Positions 7,822 through 17,292 of a DNA stretch of 64,000 nt are shown in pieces. The notes under the pieces were generated by a model. The model was given only the letters and a program-made list of their open reading frames with translations. It was not told the DNA's origin and did no database searches. Position numbers and translations under genes: made by a program. Where the stretch lies: positions 32,001-96,000 of the forward strand of contig CAXXNO010000004.1 of the NCBI GenBank assembly GCA_963663235.2, in the 5' to 3' direction. This stretch comes from Dehalococcoidia bacterium (GTDB lineage Bacteria > Chloroflexota > Dehalococcoidia > Bin125). Within the stretch, counting starts at the first letter, position 1. Each line of letters opens with the position of its first letter.

Positions 7822-8241
7822 CTACGCATCTCGCAGCGCGTCGCGGAAGGCATCGACGTCGACGTATTCCCGAGCGCGGGCCACTTTGCCTTCACGAACG
7901 GTGAATACCTGAGCGTAATCCGTCTCGATGGCCCTACCGCTCGCCTTCGCGGTTAGTCGGGATGAGCCGACGCTGACGACAGTGTCACCCTCCTCTAGGT
8001 AGGTGTGCCGGTTGACACTCTGGACCTCCAACACATCGAGCAAGTCGGTGAGATAGTCGACCATGCCCTGGCCGCCTTCGCGCGGCTGGCCGATCGGAAA
8101 CTCCTTCAACCCAACCATGTGCCAGCTGAAGTCGTCGGTGACGGCGGCCTTGATCGCGTCTGCATCAGCGCGGGCCATAGCCTTGTGCCAGCGCTTTACG
8201 GTCTCGATCCCGGTCTGGGCTTGAACAGTAGAATCCGGCAT
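7822..8241 (-). CDS. SnoaL-like/NTF2-family protein
   Basis: 139 aa with TVKRWHKAM...DDFSW...GDTVV...VFTVREGKVARAREYVD pattern; GAGGAG RBS upstream. Confidence 0.85.
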   Translation of the reverse strand: MPDSTVQAQTGIETVKRWHKAMARADADAIKAAVTDDFSWHMVGLKEFPIGQPREGGQGMVDYLTDLLDVLEVQSVNRHTYLEEGDTVVSVGSSRLTAKASGRAIETDYAQVFTVREGKVARAREYVDVDAFRDALRDA

Positions 8242-8242
8242 G

Positions 8243-8321
8243 GCTGCACTTTCTCCTCAAAGCTACGGATGCTGCGCATGGAGCGGTAGAGTTGCAGGTT
8301 GAGCGACTGGTCCTCGGTCAT
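8243..8321 (-). pseudogene. N-terminal stump of a TPP-dependent dehydrogenase E1 alpha-like gene
   Basis: GAGGAG RBS then MTEDQSLNLQLYRSMRSIRSFEEKV (LYxxMxxIRxFEE motif); frame stops at 8196 after 41 codons. Confidence 0.55.
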
Positions 8322-8381
8322 AGATCACTCCTCTGCCCGTGGGTCGTGAGTCTGACCTGCCCCCGATCGTTGTACCAGTCG

Positions 8382-9250
8382 TTAAGTTAGTCCGATCGCC
8401 GGGAGGATTGTCAGGGGACCTTCCCGGGGTTGCTGGGTCTCGGGGGCCGGGGGGCGATATCCCAGCGCACTGTGGGGCCGGATCTGGTTATATTCCCGCC
8501 GCCAGCCCTCTATGAGAACCTGGGCTTCGAGCAGCGTGTCGAAGCGTTCGCGGTTGAGGCACTCGTCGCGCAGCTTGCCGTTGAAGGACTCCACATAGCC
8601 GTTCTCCCAGGGACTGCCGGGCTCGATGAAGAGGGTCGTGACGCCGACCCGGTGCAGCCAGTTACGCACCGCGGTGGCGGTGAACTCCGGGCCGTTGTCG
8701 GACCGCAGGGACGTCGGCGGCCCGCGCTCGACGAAGAGCTGGGCCAGCCGCGCCAGGACGTCGTCGCTGCACAGCCGGCGGGCCACGTCGAGACTCAGGC
8801 ACTCGCGCGTGGTCCTCGTCCACGATGGCGAGGATCCGCACCGGGCGCCCCTCGGCGGTGCGGTCGAAGACGAAGTCGTAGGACCAGACGTGGTGGGGCC
8901 GTTCGGCCCGCCGCCGCACCAGCGAGCCGTCCCCGAGCCAGAGGCGGCCCCGCTTGGGCTGTTTCACGGGGGCCCGCAGGCCTTCCTGGCGCCAGAGCCG
9001 TTCGACCCGCTTGTGGTTCACGCGCCAGCCTTCCTGACGCAGCAGGGCCGTGATGCGGCGGTAGCCGTAGCGGCCGAAGCTCGTGGCCAGGGCGACGATT
9101 CGCGCGATCAGCGCCGGCTCATCCGTGGACGGCCGGGGCACAGAGCGCTGCGTCGCCCGCGCCTGGCCAGTGACCTGGCAGGCCCGCCGCTCGGACACGG
9201 CGTACTGGTCGGTGAGATGGGTGGTCGCCCGGCGCCGCTTGGCCGGGCTC
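8382..9250 (-). pseudogene. IS3 transposase OrfB (frameshifted)
   Basis: SERRAC, RYGYRRI, VNHKRVERLW, WSYDF, then a +1 shift near 8810 (VDED/TRECL), RSDNGPEF, PWENGYVESFNGKLRDECLN, RPHSALGY. Confidence 0.88.
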
Positions 9251-9527
9251 AGAAGTTTCCCGCTGCGACGTCTCGCAACATCGCATTGTCCAACGCCTGG
9301 TCCGCCACCAGCCGCTTCAGGCGGCTATTCTCCCGTTCGAGCTCCTTCAGCCGCTTCGCCTGATCGACCCGCAACCCGCCGTACTCCCGGCGCCAGCGGT
9401 AAGAGGTCGGCTCGCTGATCCCAAGCGTCCGCGCCACCGCTCCGATCGTCTGGCCCTGGGCCAAGGCCACTTCCGCTTCCCGCAGATTGCCGATGATCTC
9501 CTCGGCCGCGTACCGCTTGCGTGCCAT
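9249..9527 (-). CDS. IS3 transposase OrfA
   Basis: RKRYAAEEII...YRWRREYGGL...RLKELERENSRLKRLVAD; GGGAAAC slippery site at the 3' end. Confidence 0.92.
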   Translation of the reverse strand: MARKRYAAEEIIGNLREAEVALAQGQTIGAVARTLGISEPTSYRWRREYGGLRVDQAKRLKELERENSRLKRLVADQALDNAMLRDVAAGNF

Positions 9528-9627
9528 GCCGGCTCCCTTCCCGATTCCCGGAATCCTCTCACTCCGCGTGGATCAGTTTTTTGGGGGGGGGGCAGGTCAG
9601 AGTCGGGGGCGAGGCTCCGCTACAGTT

Positions 9628-9652
9628 ACGAGCCCTGAGATCTGACAGAACC
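9628..9652. repeat. Solo IS6 terminal repeat
   Basis: acgagccctgagatctgacagaacc is identical to the end of IS6 copy 2 (7784-7808), but no transposase lies on its inner (left) side. Confidence 0.85.
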
Positions 9653-10412
9653 CGTTCAACGATCTCCAGTACCCGACGGATCTCGTGCTGCTCGCCGTGT
9701 TGTGGCGTCTGCGGTACAAGCTCAGCTTCCGCGACGTCGCCGAGCTCCTGCTCCAGCGGGGCTACGAGGTCACCCACGAGACGATCCGGAGTTGGGAGTT
9801 CCGCTTCGCGCCGCTGCTTGCGGACCAGCTCCGGGCCAAGCGGCGCGGCCGAGCGGGCGTCTCCTCGTACATCGACGAGACCTACGTCAAGGTCGCGGGC
9901 CGGTGGTGCTACCTCTATCGGGCCATCGACCGCGATGGCGACCTGCTCGACTCCATGCTCAGCGCGCACCGCGACAAGCACGCCGCGCGACGCTTCCTGC
10001 GGCGGCTGGTCGATGTGGCAGGCACCAAGCCGCTGCGCGTCACGACCGATGCCCATCCGCCCTACCGCCGGGCGATCCGCTGGATCCTGGGGAGGAAGGT
10101 GCGGCACCGATGCAATCGATACTTGAACAACCTGACCGAGCAAAGCCACCGGGCCGTCAAGCAGCGCTACTACCCCATGCTGGGCTTCGGGAGTTTCGCG
10201 TCGGCCGCCCGGTTCTGTACCGCCTTCGATGAGCTGCGCCAATACTTCCGCGTTCGCCAACGAGGAGCCGAATGGGTGCCGCTTGCTACACAGCGACGGC
10301 TCTTCGTCCAGCGCTGGCGGTCGCTGATCGCGGAGATGCAGGCAGCATAGAGTCAACGGTCGGGGGAACGTCTCGCCCGGCTTATCCTGGGGCCCTGAGA
10401 TCTGACAGAACC
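9653..10412 (+). mobile_element. 5'-truncated IS6 (copy 3); transposase remnant ends at 10350
   Basis: Begins abruptly at PFNDLQYPTD, lacks the zinc ribbon and left end, keeps DDE (IDETY, TTDAH, TEQSHR); right IR ctgagatctgacagaacc ends at 10412. Confidence 0.9.
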
Positions 10413-10711
10413 GTACAGCACTTGCTCGGTGCGCATCAGCGTGCTGCTCATCACTCTCGCTCCCCGATGACTTACACTCGACAATGATCCACCGGTCACA
10501 AAGAAGTCGAAGAGGTCCAACTCGACGTGCAACACATCGTCAAGCGCTAACTCGATGTTGCTCAGTAGGTGGGTAGGGGGACGGGGAGCTCGTCGGGGCC
10601 GAACCCTGCCAACGTGCTCGCAGCGGTCCGCGAGATCGCCCGCGCGTAGACAGCCGCCGCAAGCCCTCGATCCCGCTAGCATCATCGAGCGACCGCAGGA
10701 CGGAGGGCCGA

Positions 10712-11482
10712 GTGGGCGCGATCTTGGTGGTCTCGGACCTGGAGAAGCAGTTCGGGGGAAATTGCGCCGTCGACCACGCTTCGTTCGCGGTCGAGGCGGG
10801 AAGCATCACCGGTTTGATTGGCCCTAACGGCGCCGGTAAGACAACCTGCTTCAACTGCATCAGTGGATTTCTGGGCACCGATCGGGGCTCGATTGTCTTC
10901 GACGGCCGACCGATCACCAACCTCCCGCCCCACAAGATCGTCCATCGCGGCCTAGTCCGGACGTTCCAGATCCCGCAAGAGTTCGCATCGATGACCGTGC
11001 TAGAGAATTGCATGCTCGTCCCGGTCCAACAGGCCGGCGAGCGAATCTGGGACGCCTGGCTGCGCCCCTGGCTGGTACGGAATCAGGAGCGTGCCATCGA
11101 GACCCGCGCGCGCGACGTGCTGGATCGCGTCGAGCTGGGCAACCTGGTGCACGAACGCGCTGGCAACCTCTCCGGAGGGCAAAAGAAGCTGCTCGAGCTG
11201 GCGCGCGCGCTCATGGCGCGCCCAAAGATGGTGCTGCTCGATGAACCCGCGGCGGGCGTGAACCCCACGCTGGCGCGGCGGCTGGCCGATCACCTGAAGA
11301 GCCTCCAGCGCGACCTGGGGCTCACGTTCCTCATCGTCGAGCACGACATGAATCTCGTGATGCGTCTGTGCGACCCCGTCATCGTCATGACGGGAGGCCG
11401 CGTGCTGATGGAGGGTCCGCCCGCAGTCGTCGTTGAGGATGAGACGGTGCAGGCAGCGTACCTGGGGGGGCAATACCGGTGA
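10712..11482 (+). CDS. livG: Branched-chain amino acid-type ABC transporter ATPase (LivG-like)
   Basis: GPNGAGKTT, RTFQ, LSGGQKKLLELARAL, LDEPAAG, VEHDM, AYLG. Confidence 0.92.
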   Translation: MGAILVVSDLEKQFGGNCAVDHASFAVEAGSITGLIGPNGAGKTTCFNCISGFLGTDRGSIVFDGRPITNLPPHKIVHRGLVRTFQIPQEFASMTVLENCMLVPVQQAGERIWDAWLRPWLVRNQERAIETRARDVLDRVELGNLVHERAGNLSGGQKKLLELARALMARPKMVLLDEPAAGVNPTLARRLADHLKSLQRDLGLTFLIVEHDMNLVMRLCDPVIVMTGGRVLMEGPPAVVVEDETVQAAYLGGQYR

Positions 11483-12222
11483 GCGCACTGCTGGAGGTCG
11501 ACGCGATCAGCGCCGGCTATGGCGGGGCGGAGATCATCCACGAGGTGTCCCTGCGGGTGGACACCGGCCAGATCGCCACCATCATCGGGCCCAACGGCGC
11601 CGGCAAGTCGACGCTGCTCAAGGCGATCTTCGGGCTGCTGCGCCCGAGCGCCGGCCTGGTGCGGTTCCGGGAGCGCGACGTTACGCGCCTGGCCGCACCC
11701 AAGATGGTGGCGGCCGGCGCGGCGTTCGTGCCGCAGACCGAGAACATCTTCCCGTCGCTCAGCGTGCGGGAGAATCTGGAGATGGGCGGCTACAGCAGGC
11801 GGGACGGCACGCAGAAGCGGATCAGCGACATCCTGGCGCTCTTCCCGGACCTTGCGAGCCGGCCCAGCGAGCGCGCCTCCCGTCTCTCCGGTGGGCAGCG
11901 ACAGATGCTGGCCATGGCCCGCGCGCTCATGCTCGACCCTGTCCTGCTGCTGGTGGACGAGCCCACGGCCAGTCTCTCGCCTCTCATGCGACGGGAGATC
12001 CTGGACCGGATCCGCGCGATTAGTGGCGAGGGCGTCGCTGTGCTGATGGTGGAGCAGAACGCTAAAGAGGCACTCGCCATGTCGCACCATGGGTACGTCC
12101 TCGTCGGCGGCTGCAACGCACTGGAGCAATCGGGTGCGGAGTTGCTCGCCAACCCGGACGTGGGACGGCTCTTCCTCGGCCAGGAGATCGCAGTCTCCAG
12201 GAACGCGGACACCGCGACGTAG
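11479..12222 (+). CDS. livF: Branched-chain amino acid-type ABC transporter ATPase (LivF-like)
   Basis: GPNGAGKST, LSVRENLEMG, LSGGQRQMLAMARAL, VEQNA; GTGA overlap with livG. Confidence 0.92.
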   Translation: MSALLEVDAISAGYGGAEIIHEVSLRVDTGQIATIIGPNGAGKSTLLKAIFGLLRPSAGLVRFRERDVTRLAAPKMVAAGAAFVPQTENIFPSLSVRENLEMGGYSRRDGTQKRISDILALFPDLASRPSERASRLSGGQRQMLAMARALMLDPVLLLVDEPTASLSPLMRREILDRIRAISGEGVAVLMVEQNAKEALAMSHHGYVLVGGCNALEQSGAELLANPDVGRLFLGQEIAVSRNADTAT

Positions 12223-12227
12223 GGAGC

Positions 12228-13136
12228 GTTGCCACGGAGATCGCCCAACTCGTCGTTATCGGCATCATCGTCGGCTCGATCATCGGCCTAGGCGCCATCG
12301 GGCTGACGCTGACTTATGGCGTGATGAAGTTCGCCAACTTCGCCCACGGCGACCTGATGACGCTGGGAATGTTCCTCGCCTTCATCATCGTGGCCGATAT
12401 CGGCTTCGTTGGCGGCAGCATCGGACCGCTCTCTTTCGGCTGGGGCATGATTCCAGCGGCCGTCTTTGCCATGGCTGGCGTGGCGTTGACGGCGGTCGCA
12501 TTGGACCGGGTCGTGTTCCGCCCGCTGCGCAGTCGCGGTGGTGGGTTTATCACGATGGTGGTCGCCTCACTCGGGATCGGCATAGCGCTACGCGCCATCG
12601 TCCAGATGATCTGGGGGTCAGCTCCGCTTCGCTACGAGCCCGGCATCCACAAAGCCACGACGCTCTTCTGGGACATCAAGGTGAAGCCGGACCAGTTCTT
12701 CATCGTCGGGCTGATGATCGTCCTCGCGGTCGCTGTCTACCTGCTGCTCTACCGGACCAAGCTGGGCAAGGCGATGCGCGCCACGGCGGACAACCCGCAA
12801 CTGGCGGAGGTCTCCGGCATCGAGACGGAGCGCATCCGCCAGTGGACCTGGGCGATCGGCGGCGCGCTCATCGCGCTCGCGGGGATCATGCTGGCCATCC
12901 AGGCGCAACTGCGCTTCAACGCCGGATTCAACCTGATCCTGCCGCTGTTCGCCGCCACTATCCTGGGTGGCATCGGCAATCCCTGGGGCGCGCTCGTCGG
13001 AGGGTTGGTGGTCGGCATCTCGCAAGAGGTGTCGACGCAATGGATCAACACGGGATTGAAGCCGGGCATCCCCTTTCTGATTCTCATCATCATGCTGGTG
13101 CTGCGACCCCGCGGGATCTTCGGGTCGACGGTCTAG
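12228..13136 (+). CDS. livH: Branched-chain amino acid-type ABC permease (LivH-like); start uncertain
   Basis: LGAIGLTLTYGVMKFANFAHGD, TKLGKAMRA, ILGGIG, LRPRGIFG. Homology extends about 31 codons upstream of the ORF-track start with no canonical start codon. Confidence 0.88.
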   Translation, partial: VATEIAQLVVIGIIVGSIIGLGAIGLTLTYGVMKFANFAHGDLMTLGMFLAFIIVADIGFVGGSIGPLSFGWGMIPAAVFAMAGVALTAVALDRVVFRPLRSRGGGFITMVVASLGIGIALRAIVQMIWGSAPLRYEPGIHKATTLFWDIKVKPDQFFIVGLMIVLAVAVYLLLYRTKLGKAMRATADNPQLAEVSGIETERIRQWTWAIGGALIALAGIMLAIQAQLRFNAGFNLILPLFAATILGGIGNPWGALVGGLVVGISQEVSTQWINTGLKPGIPFLILIIMLVLRPRGIFGSTV

Positions 13137-13145
13137 GGAACGCTG

Positions 13146-14207
13146 ATGGACCTCTCATTCGTGGAACCGATGGCACTGGTGACGTTCTCCGGGGGACTGA
13201 ACTGGACCGTCGGGTTCCTCACCACTGTCGCGATCTTTGGCATCCTCACGTTGGCGCTCAACCTACAGTGGGGTTATTCGGGCGTGTTCAACTTCGGCGT
13301 GGTCGCCTTCTTTATGGTCGGCGCCTACGTGAGTGCGATTCTGACGCTCGACCGGCCTGGCGAGTTCGAAAGCTACGTCGGTGGCTTCAGCCTCCCCGTC
13401 CCAATCGGCTGGCTGGGAGGGATGGGCGCGGCGGGCGCACTCGCCTTGCTAATCGGCCTGCCGACCCTCCGTCTTCGACGTGACTTCCTTGCCATCGCGA
13501 CCATCGGGGTGGCCGAGATCCTGCGCAGCAGTGCAAATTCCGTCGAGGGCCTGGTGAACCGAGGGCGCGGGCTCAACGCCATCCCCCGCTTTCTGGACGA
13601 GCTCGCGAGCGGGGCCGATTACCGCTGGGTACTGCTGGGCATCACGGTGGTGATGCTGGCGGTGGTATACGTCGCAGTGTGGAGGGCGACAGGGTCGCCC
13701 TGGGGGCGGGTACTGCGCTCGATCCGCGAGAACGAGGACACCGCCAAGGCAGCCGGCAAGGACACTGTGAACTTCCGCATGCAGAGCTTCGTGATCGGTG
13801 GCATGATCATGGGCCTCGCCGGCGCGATCTTCGCTCACCGCATCGGTACGATTTCGCCCAGCGCGTTCAGCGACCTCTTCGGCACATTTCTCATCTGGAC
13901 CATGCTGATGGTGGGCGGCAGCGGCAACAACCGCGGAGCGGTGCTGGGCGCGCTGGTGGTGGGCTTCTTCTGGTTCGGGACGCCACTGATTCAGGAGGAT
14001 CTGCCGAGCTTCTTGGGGAACCGCGTCTTCATGATCCGGCAACTCATCATCGGGCTGCTGATTGTGACTTTCCTCCTCTTACGCCCGCAGGGATTGTTGG
14101 CTGAAGAGCGGCGGGTGAGCCGCTACGTAGAGTCGGGGTCGAGCCGCAGGGGACTCGCCACCCGTGTGCGCCGCCGGCTGACGGGCAAGCCCCCCATCGT
14201 GCAATAG
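13146..14207 (+). CDS. livM: Branched-chain amino acid-type ABC permease (LivM-like)
   Basis: LNLQWGYSGVFNFG, LRLRRDFLAIAT, SPWGRVLRSIRENE, VGGSGNNRGAVLG, RPQGLL. Confidence 0.92.
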   Translation: MDLSFVEPMALVTFSGGLNWTVGFLTTVAIFGILTLALNLQWGYSGVFNFGVVAFFMVGAYVSAILTLDRPGEFESYVGGFSLPVPIGWLGGMGAAGALALLIGLPTLRLRRDFLAIATIGVAEILRSSANSVEGLVNRGRGLNAIPRFLDELASGADYRWVLLGITVVMLAVVYVAVWRATGSPWGRVLRSIRENEDTAKAAGKDTVNFRMQSFVIGGMIMGLAGAIFAHRIGTISPSAFSDLFGTFLIWTMLMVGGSGNNRGAVLGALVVGFFWFGTPLIQEDLPSFLGNRVFMIRQLIIGLLIVTFLLLRPQGLLAEERRVSRYVESGSSRRGLATRVRRRLTGKPPIVQ

Positions 14208-14266
14208 TCGTCCGGCCCGTCCGATCGTCTGGGCTTCTGATCCGAGGAAGGCTCCAACACATGAGA

Positions 14267-14290
14267 GCGGGCGGCCGATCGGCCGCCCGC
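14267..14290. terminator. Perfect 24-bp palindrome between convergent genes
   Basis: gcgggcggccgatcggccgcccgc lies between the livM stop and the binding-protein stop; probable bidirectional hairpin. Confidence 0.5.
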
Positions 14291-14324
14291 CCCAGTTCGG
14301 TGCTTCGTCTCCGCGTCGCGACGA

Positions 14325-15596
14325 CTATTCGAGCGAGAAAGGGATCTCGTCCAACTCGACAATCGCGCCGTCTTGGTACTGCCAGATGCCAACAAAGCCG
14401 CTGGTGACGTCGCCGACGTCGTCCCAGTCGAGCGACGTGGCGGCACCGTCGTAGTTGATATCGTTGCCGTCCCGCACGGCGGCCAGCCCGGCTGCGATGC
14501 CCTCTGCGCCCGGGATCACCGTCTCGCCGCCGGGGGCACAGACCTTCGGCAGCGCATCACGAATGGCGGCGCCATCGGTGGAGTCCGCGAATTCGGTGGC
14601 CAGAGCGATGCAGATCATCGCGTCATACGCCTCACGCACGAACGGACGGGTGGGCAGTTCGCCGAACTCCGCGGTGTAGGCGTCATTCCACGCCCGCAGG
14701 GCATCCGTCTCTGGGCCCGCAACCGGCGCTGTGCCTTTGGAGCCATCGAGGAACTCCGCCCCGATGGCGGCAATCATATCCTCGCTCTTGGTGCCATCGA
14801 CGAAGAGGAATTCCGTGAAGATATCGTTCTCGATTGACTCGCGCAGAAAGATTATCGCCTCTCCTGGGAAGCCGATCGCGACCAACACAGCAGCGCCGCC
14901 TCCGGCGATCTGCTGCAGCTCCGCCAGGTACGACACCTGGTCCGGCTCGTAGGAGGCGCTCGAGGTGGTTCCGCCGAAGCTGGCCTCAAAGACCTCGGCC
15001 AGCCCCTGCCCATACGCGTCGTTGCGGAAGATCACCGCAATGTTGTCGATGCCTTCGTCCGCGGCAAGCTGTGCCAGAATCACACCCTGCGCGGCGTCCG
15101 AAGTCGTACTCCGGAACAGAAAGCCGTTGTCGTTGGCCACCGAGATCGCTGGTGATGTAGCCGACGGTGAGATGGTCGGCACACCTGCGAGACCGGTCAC
15201 GCTCTCGGCGACGGCCAGCGTCACCGTGCTGGAGAGGGGCCCGATGATCGCGTGCACGCCCTCGATATCTACCAGGCGACGCGCCTCCTCCACACCGATG
15301 GTCTCGTCTACTTGCGAGTCGCCGGTAACGAACGTGACATCCTGGCCCAGCACGCCGCCCGCGTCATTGATATGCTTGACGGCCAACTCCACGCCCGTCT
15401 GGGTCTCCGGCCCGAACTCCGCCAGCGGGCCCGAGAAATCGGCAAGAAACCCGATCTTCAACCCCTCATCCTCGTCGTCATCGCCGCAGGCCGCGGCAAC
15501 CAAGGCGATCGCGGCCAGCGCGGCCATCAGCAACAAGGCATACCGCCTGCCTGGCAGCCGCCAATTGCCGTGAAATCCACCGGCTCTCCCGCGCAT
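14325..15596 (-). CDS. ABC substrate-binding lipoprotein (LivK/LivJ-like)
   Basis: Lipobox AAAC followed by GDDDEDE; KIGFLADFSG, INDAGGVLG, ISPSATSP, EAYDA, INYDGA. Confidence 0.9.
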   Translation of the reverse strand: MRGRAGGFHGNWRLPGRRYALLLMAALAAIALVAAACGDDDEDEGLKIGFLADFSGPLAEFGPETQTGVELAVKHINDAGGVLGQDVTFVTGDSQVDETIGVEEARRLVDIEGVHAIIGPLSSTVTLAVAESVTGLAGVPTISPSATSPAISVANDNGFLFRSTTSDAAQGVILAQLAADEGIDNIAVIFRNDAYGQGLAEVFEASFGGTTSSASYEPDQVSYLAELQQIAGGGAAVLVAIGFPGEAIIFLRESIENDIFTEFLFVDGTKSEDMIAAIGAEFLDGSKGTAPVAGPETDALRAWNDAYTAEFGELPTRPFVREAYDAMICIALATEFADSTDGAAIRDALPKVCAPGGETVIPGAEGIAAGLAAVRDGNDINYDGAATSLDWDDVGDVTSGFVGIWQYQDGAIVELDEIPFSLE

Positions 15597-15817
15597 CGCT
15601 ATTCCTCCTACCTTCTGGTGGCGGCCGATATAGACTGACCTCCTCGTCCCAGCATCGGACGGAGCCTACGGGGTCGCCACGAGGATCGCAAGGCCGAGGC
15701 GCGGAGACGCACGCCTCTTGAGTTCACAGACCTCCCCGCCGGACCTGGCGTCGCGGTGTCCGTGGCGGTGGGCACGACGATGGCACCGCAACGGAAGCGG
15801 CGGCATGATGTGCGGCG

Positions 15818-16110
15818 TCAGGCATCGGCGGCTCCGTCGGCGCTGTGCGCCCGTTCGAGGCCGAGGAGGGCACGCTTGCGGTCGACGCCCCAACGGTAGC
15901 CGCGCGGCGCGCCCTCCGACCCAACCGCGCGGTGGCAGGGGACCGCGAGCGACACAGGATTCGTGGCGCAGGCCCGGCCCACGGCTCGGGCGGCCTTCGG
16001 GACGCCGATCGCCTGCGCCAGCGCGCCGTAGCTGATCGTCTCGCCCGGCGGGATGCGGCGCAGGACCTCCCAGACGCGGCGCTGGAAAGCACTGGCGCGG
16101 ATGTCGAGGA
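15818..16110 (-). pseudogene. ogt: Methylated-DNA-protein-cysteine methyltransferase C-terminal domain (5'-truncated)
   Basis: LDIRASAFQRRVWEVLRRIPPGETISYG, ARAVGRACATNP, PCHRAV, GYRWGVDRKRALL; sequence upstream of about 16110 is unrelated. Confidence 0.8.
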
Positions 16111-16111
16111 G

Positions 16112-16334
16112 GCCGTGGACAAGGTCTTGGATCTCATCCGTTTCAGGTATATCCCGAACCATGTACACCCCAGCGCGATCCTTCAACGGGAGGAAGCGTC
16201 ACTACGCGCAGAGTTGCTATCCCGCCTGAAAAAGACGAAGGCGTACAAACAAGGTAAGGACGAGCAGGTTTTCGCTGAGTTCGCCAACGTTGCGAAGAAG
16301 CTAGTTGCCCCCATTGCGAGAAACCTCATCGAAG
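16112..16334 (+). pseudogene. Lower-GC internal gene fragment, possibly an ATP-dependent nuclease/AAA protein
   Basis: AVDKVLDLIRFRYIPNHVHPSAIL...VAPIARNLIE; noticeably more AT-rich than its flanks and cut by IS6 copy 4. Family call is weak. Confidence 0.35.
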
Positions 16335-17292
16335 GGTTCTGTCAGATCTGAGGGCAGCGGGGCCAACGATGCGTGGTGATCCGGCGAGCGTTGATGGTGT
16401 CCTAGGCGACCTGCATCTCCTGGATCAGGGACCGCCAGCGGGCGACGAACAGCGGGCGCCGCGTCGCCAACGGGATCGGTAGTCCGGGCCGGGGCGGAAC
16501 GCGAAAGTACTGGCGCAGCGCATCGAAGGCCGCGCAGAACTGGGCAGCGGAAGCGAACCTCCCGAAGCCCCGCATCGGATAGTAGCGCTGCTTGATGGCG
16601 CGGTGATCCTGCTCAATCCAGTTGTTGAGGTATTGATTGCAGCGATGTCGCACCTTCCGCCCGACGATCCACCGGATCGCCTTGCGATACGCGGGATGCG
16701 CGTCGGTCGTGATGCGTAAGGGCTTCCGTTCGGCGATCTGTATGAGACCCCGCAGGAAGCGTCGCGCGGCGTGCTTGTCGCGGTGCGCGCTCAGCATCGA
16801 ATCGAGCAGCGCGGCCCTCCCGGTCGATCGCGCGATAGAGGTAGCACCATCGCCCGGCGACCTTCACGTAGGTCTCATCGATGTACCAGGAGACGCCCGC
16901 GCGACCGCGCCGCTTGGCGCGAAGCCGGTCCGCCAGGAGTGGCGCGAAGCGGAACTCCCAATCGCGGATCGTCTCATGCGTCACCGTGTAGCCTCGCTCG
17001 AGGAGCAGTTCGGCGACGTCCCGGAAGCTGAGCTTGTACCGCAGGCGCCACAGCACGGCGAGCAGCACGAGGTCCGTCGGGTACTGGAGATCGTTGAAGG
17101 GCGTGCCGGTCCGCTCGTTGAAGCGCCGTCCGCATGCCCGGCAGTTGCAATCGCTGGGGTAGCCGAGCGTGGTGCGGGGCTTGCGCTTGGTCCGTCGCGG
17201 TCGAGCGGCAGTGCGGACAGGGCATGGCGTCTCCTCGTCGCGTCATGGGCAAGGCTACGCCACGCCTACGAGTCCTGAGATCTGACAGAACC
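16335..17292 (-). mobile_element. IS6-family insertion sequence (copy 4, frameshifted transposase 16402-17225)
   Basis: Same IRs as copy 2; near-identical to copy 2 over 16335-17131 with an extra base near 16813 and further indels in the 5' part. Confidence 0.92.

Larger units (their letters stand above)
8353..9599 (-). mobile_element. IS3-family (IS407 group-like) insertion sequence with 5-bp target duplication
   Basis: Ends TGACCTGCCCCC on both sides; GAGTC duplicated at 8348-8352 and 9600-9604; orfA/orfB arrangement. Confidence 0.92.

Noticed and set aside
8800-8820. Programmed frameshifts in IS3 orfB, the integrase and IS6 copy 4
   Set aside because: Single-base insertions in short C/G runs without slippery motifs; decay or long-read consensus error is more likely (note the G10 run at 9583-9592).
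10413-10700. Gene remnant between IS6 copy 3 and livG
   Set aside because: The minus-strand frame is protein-like, but I recognise no family.
15664-15692. Isolated CRISPR-repeat-like sequence (gcctacgggg..cgaggatcgcaa)
   Set aside because: Single copy, needs gaps to align, and lacks the hairpin.
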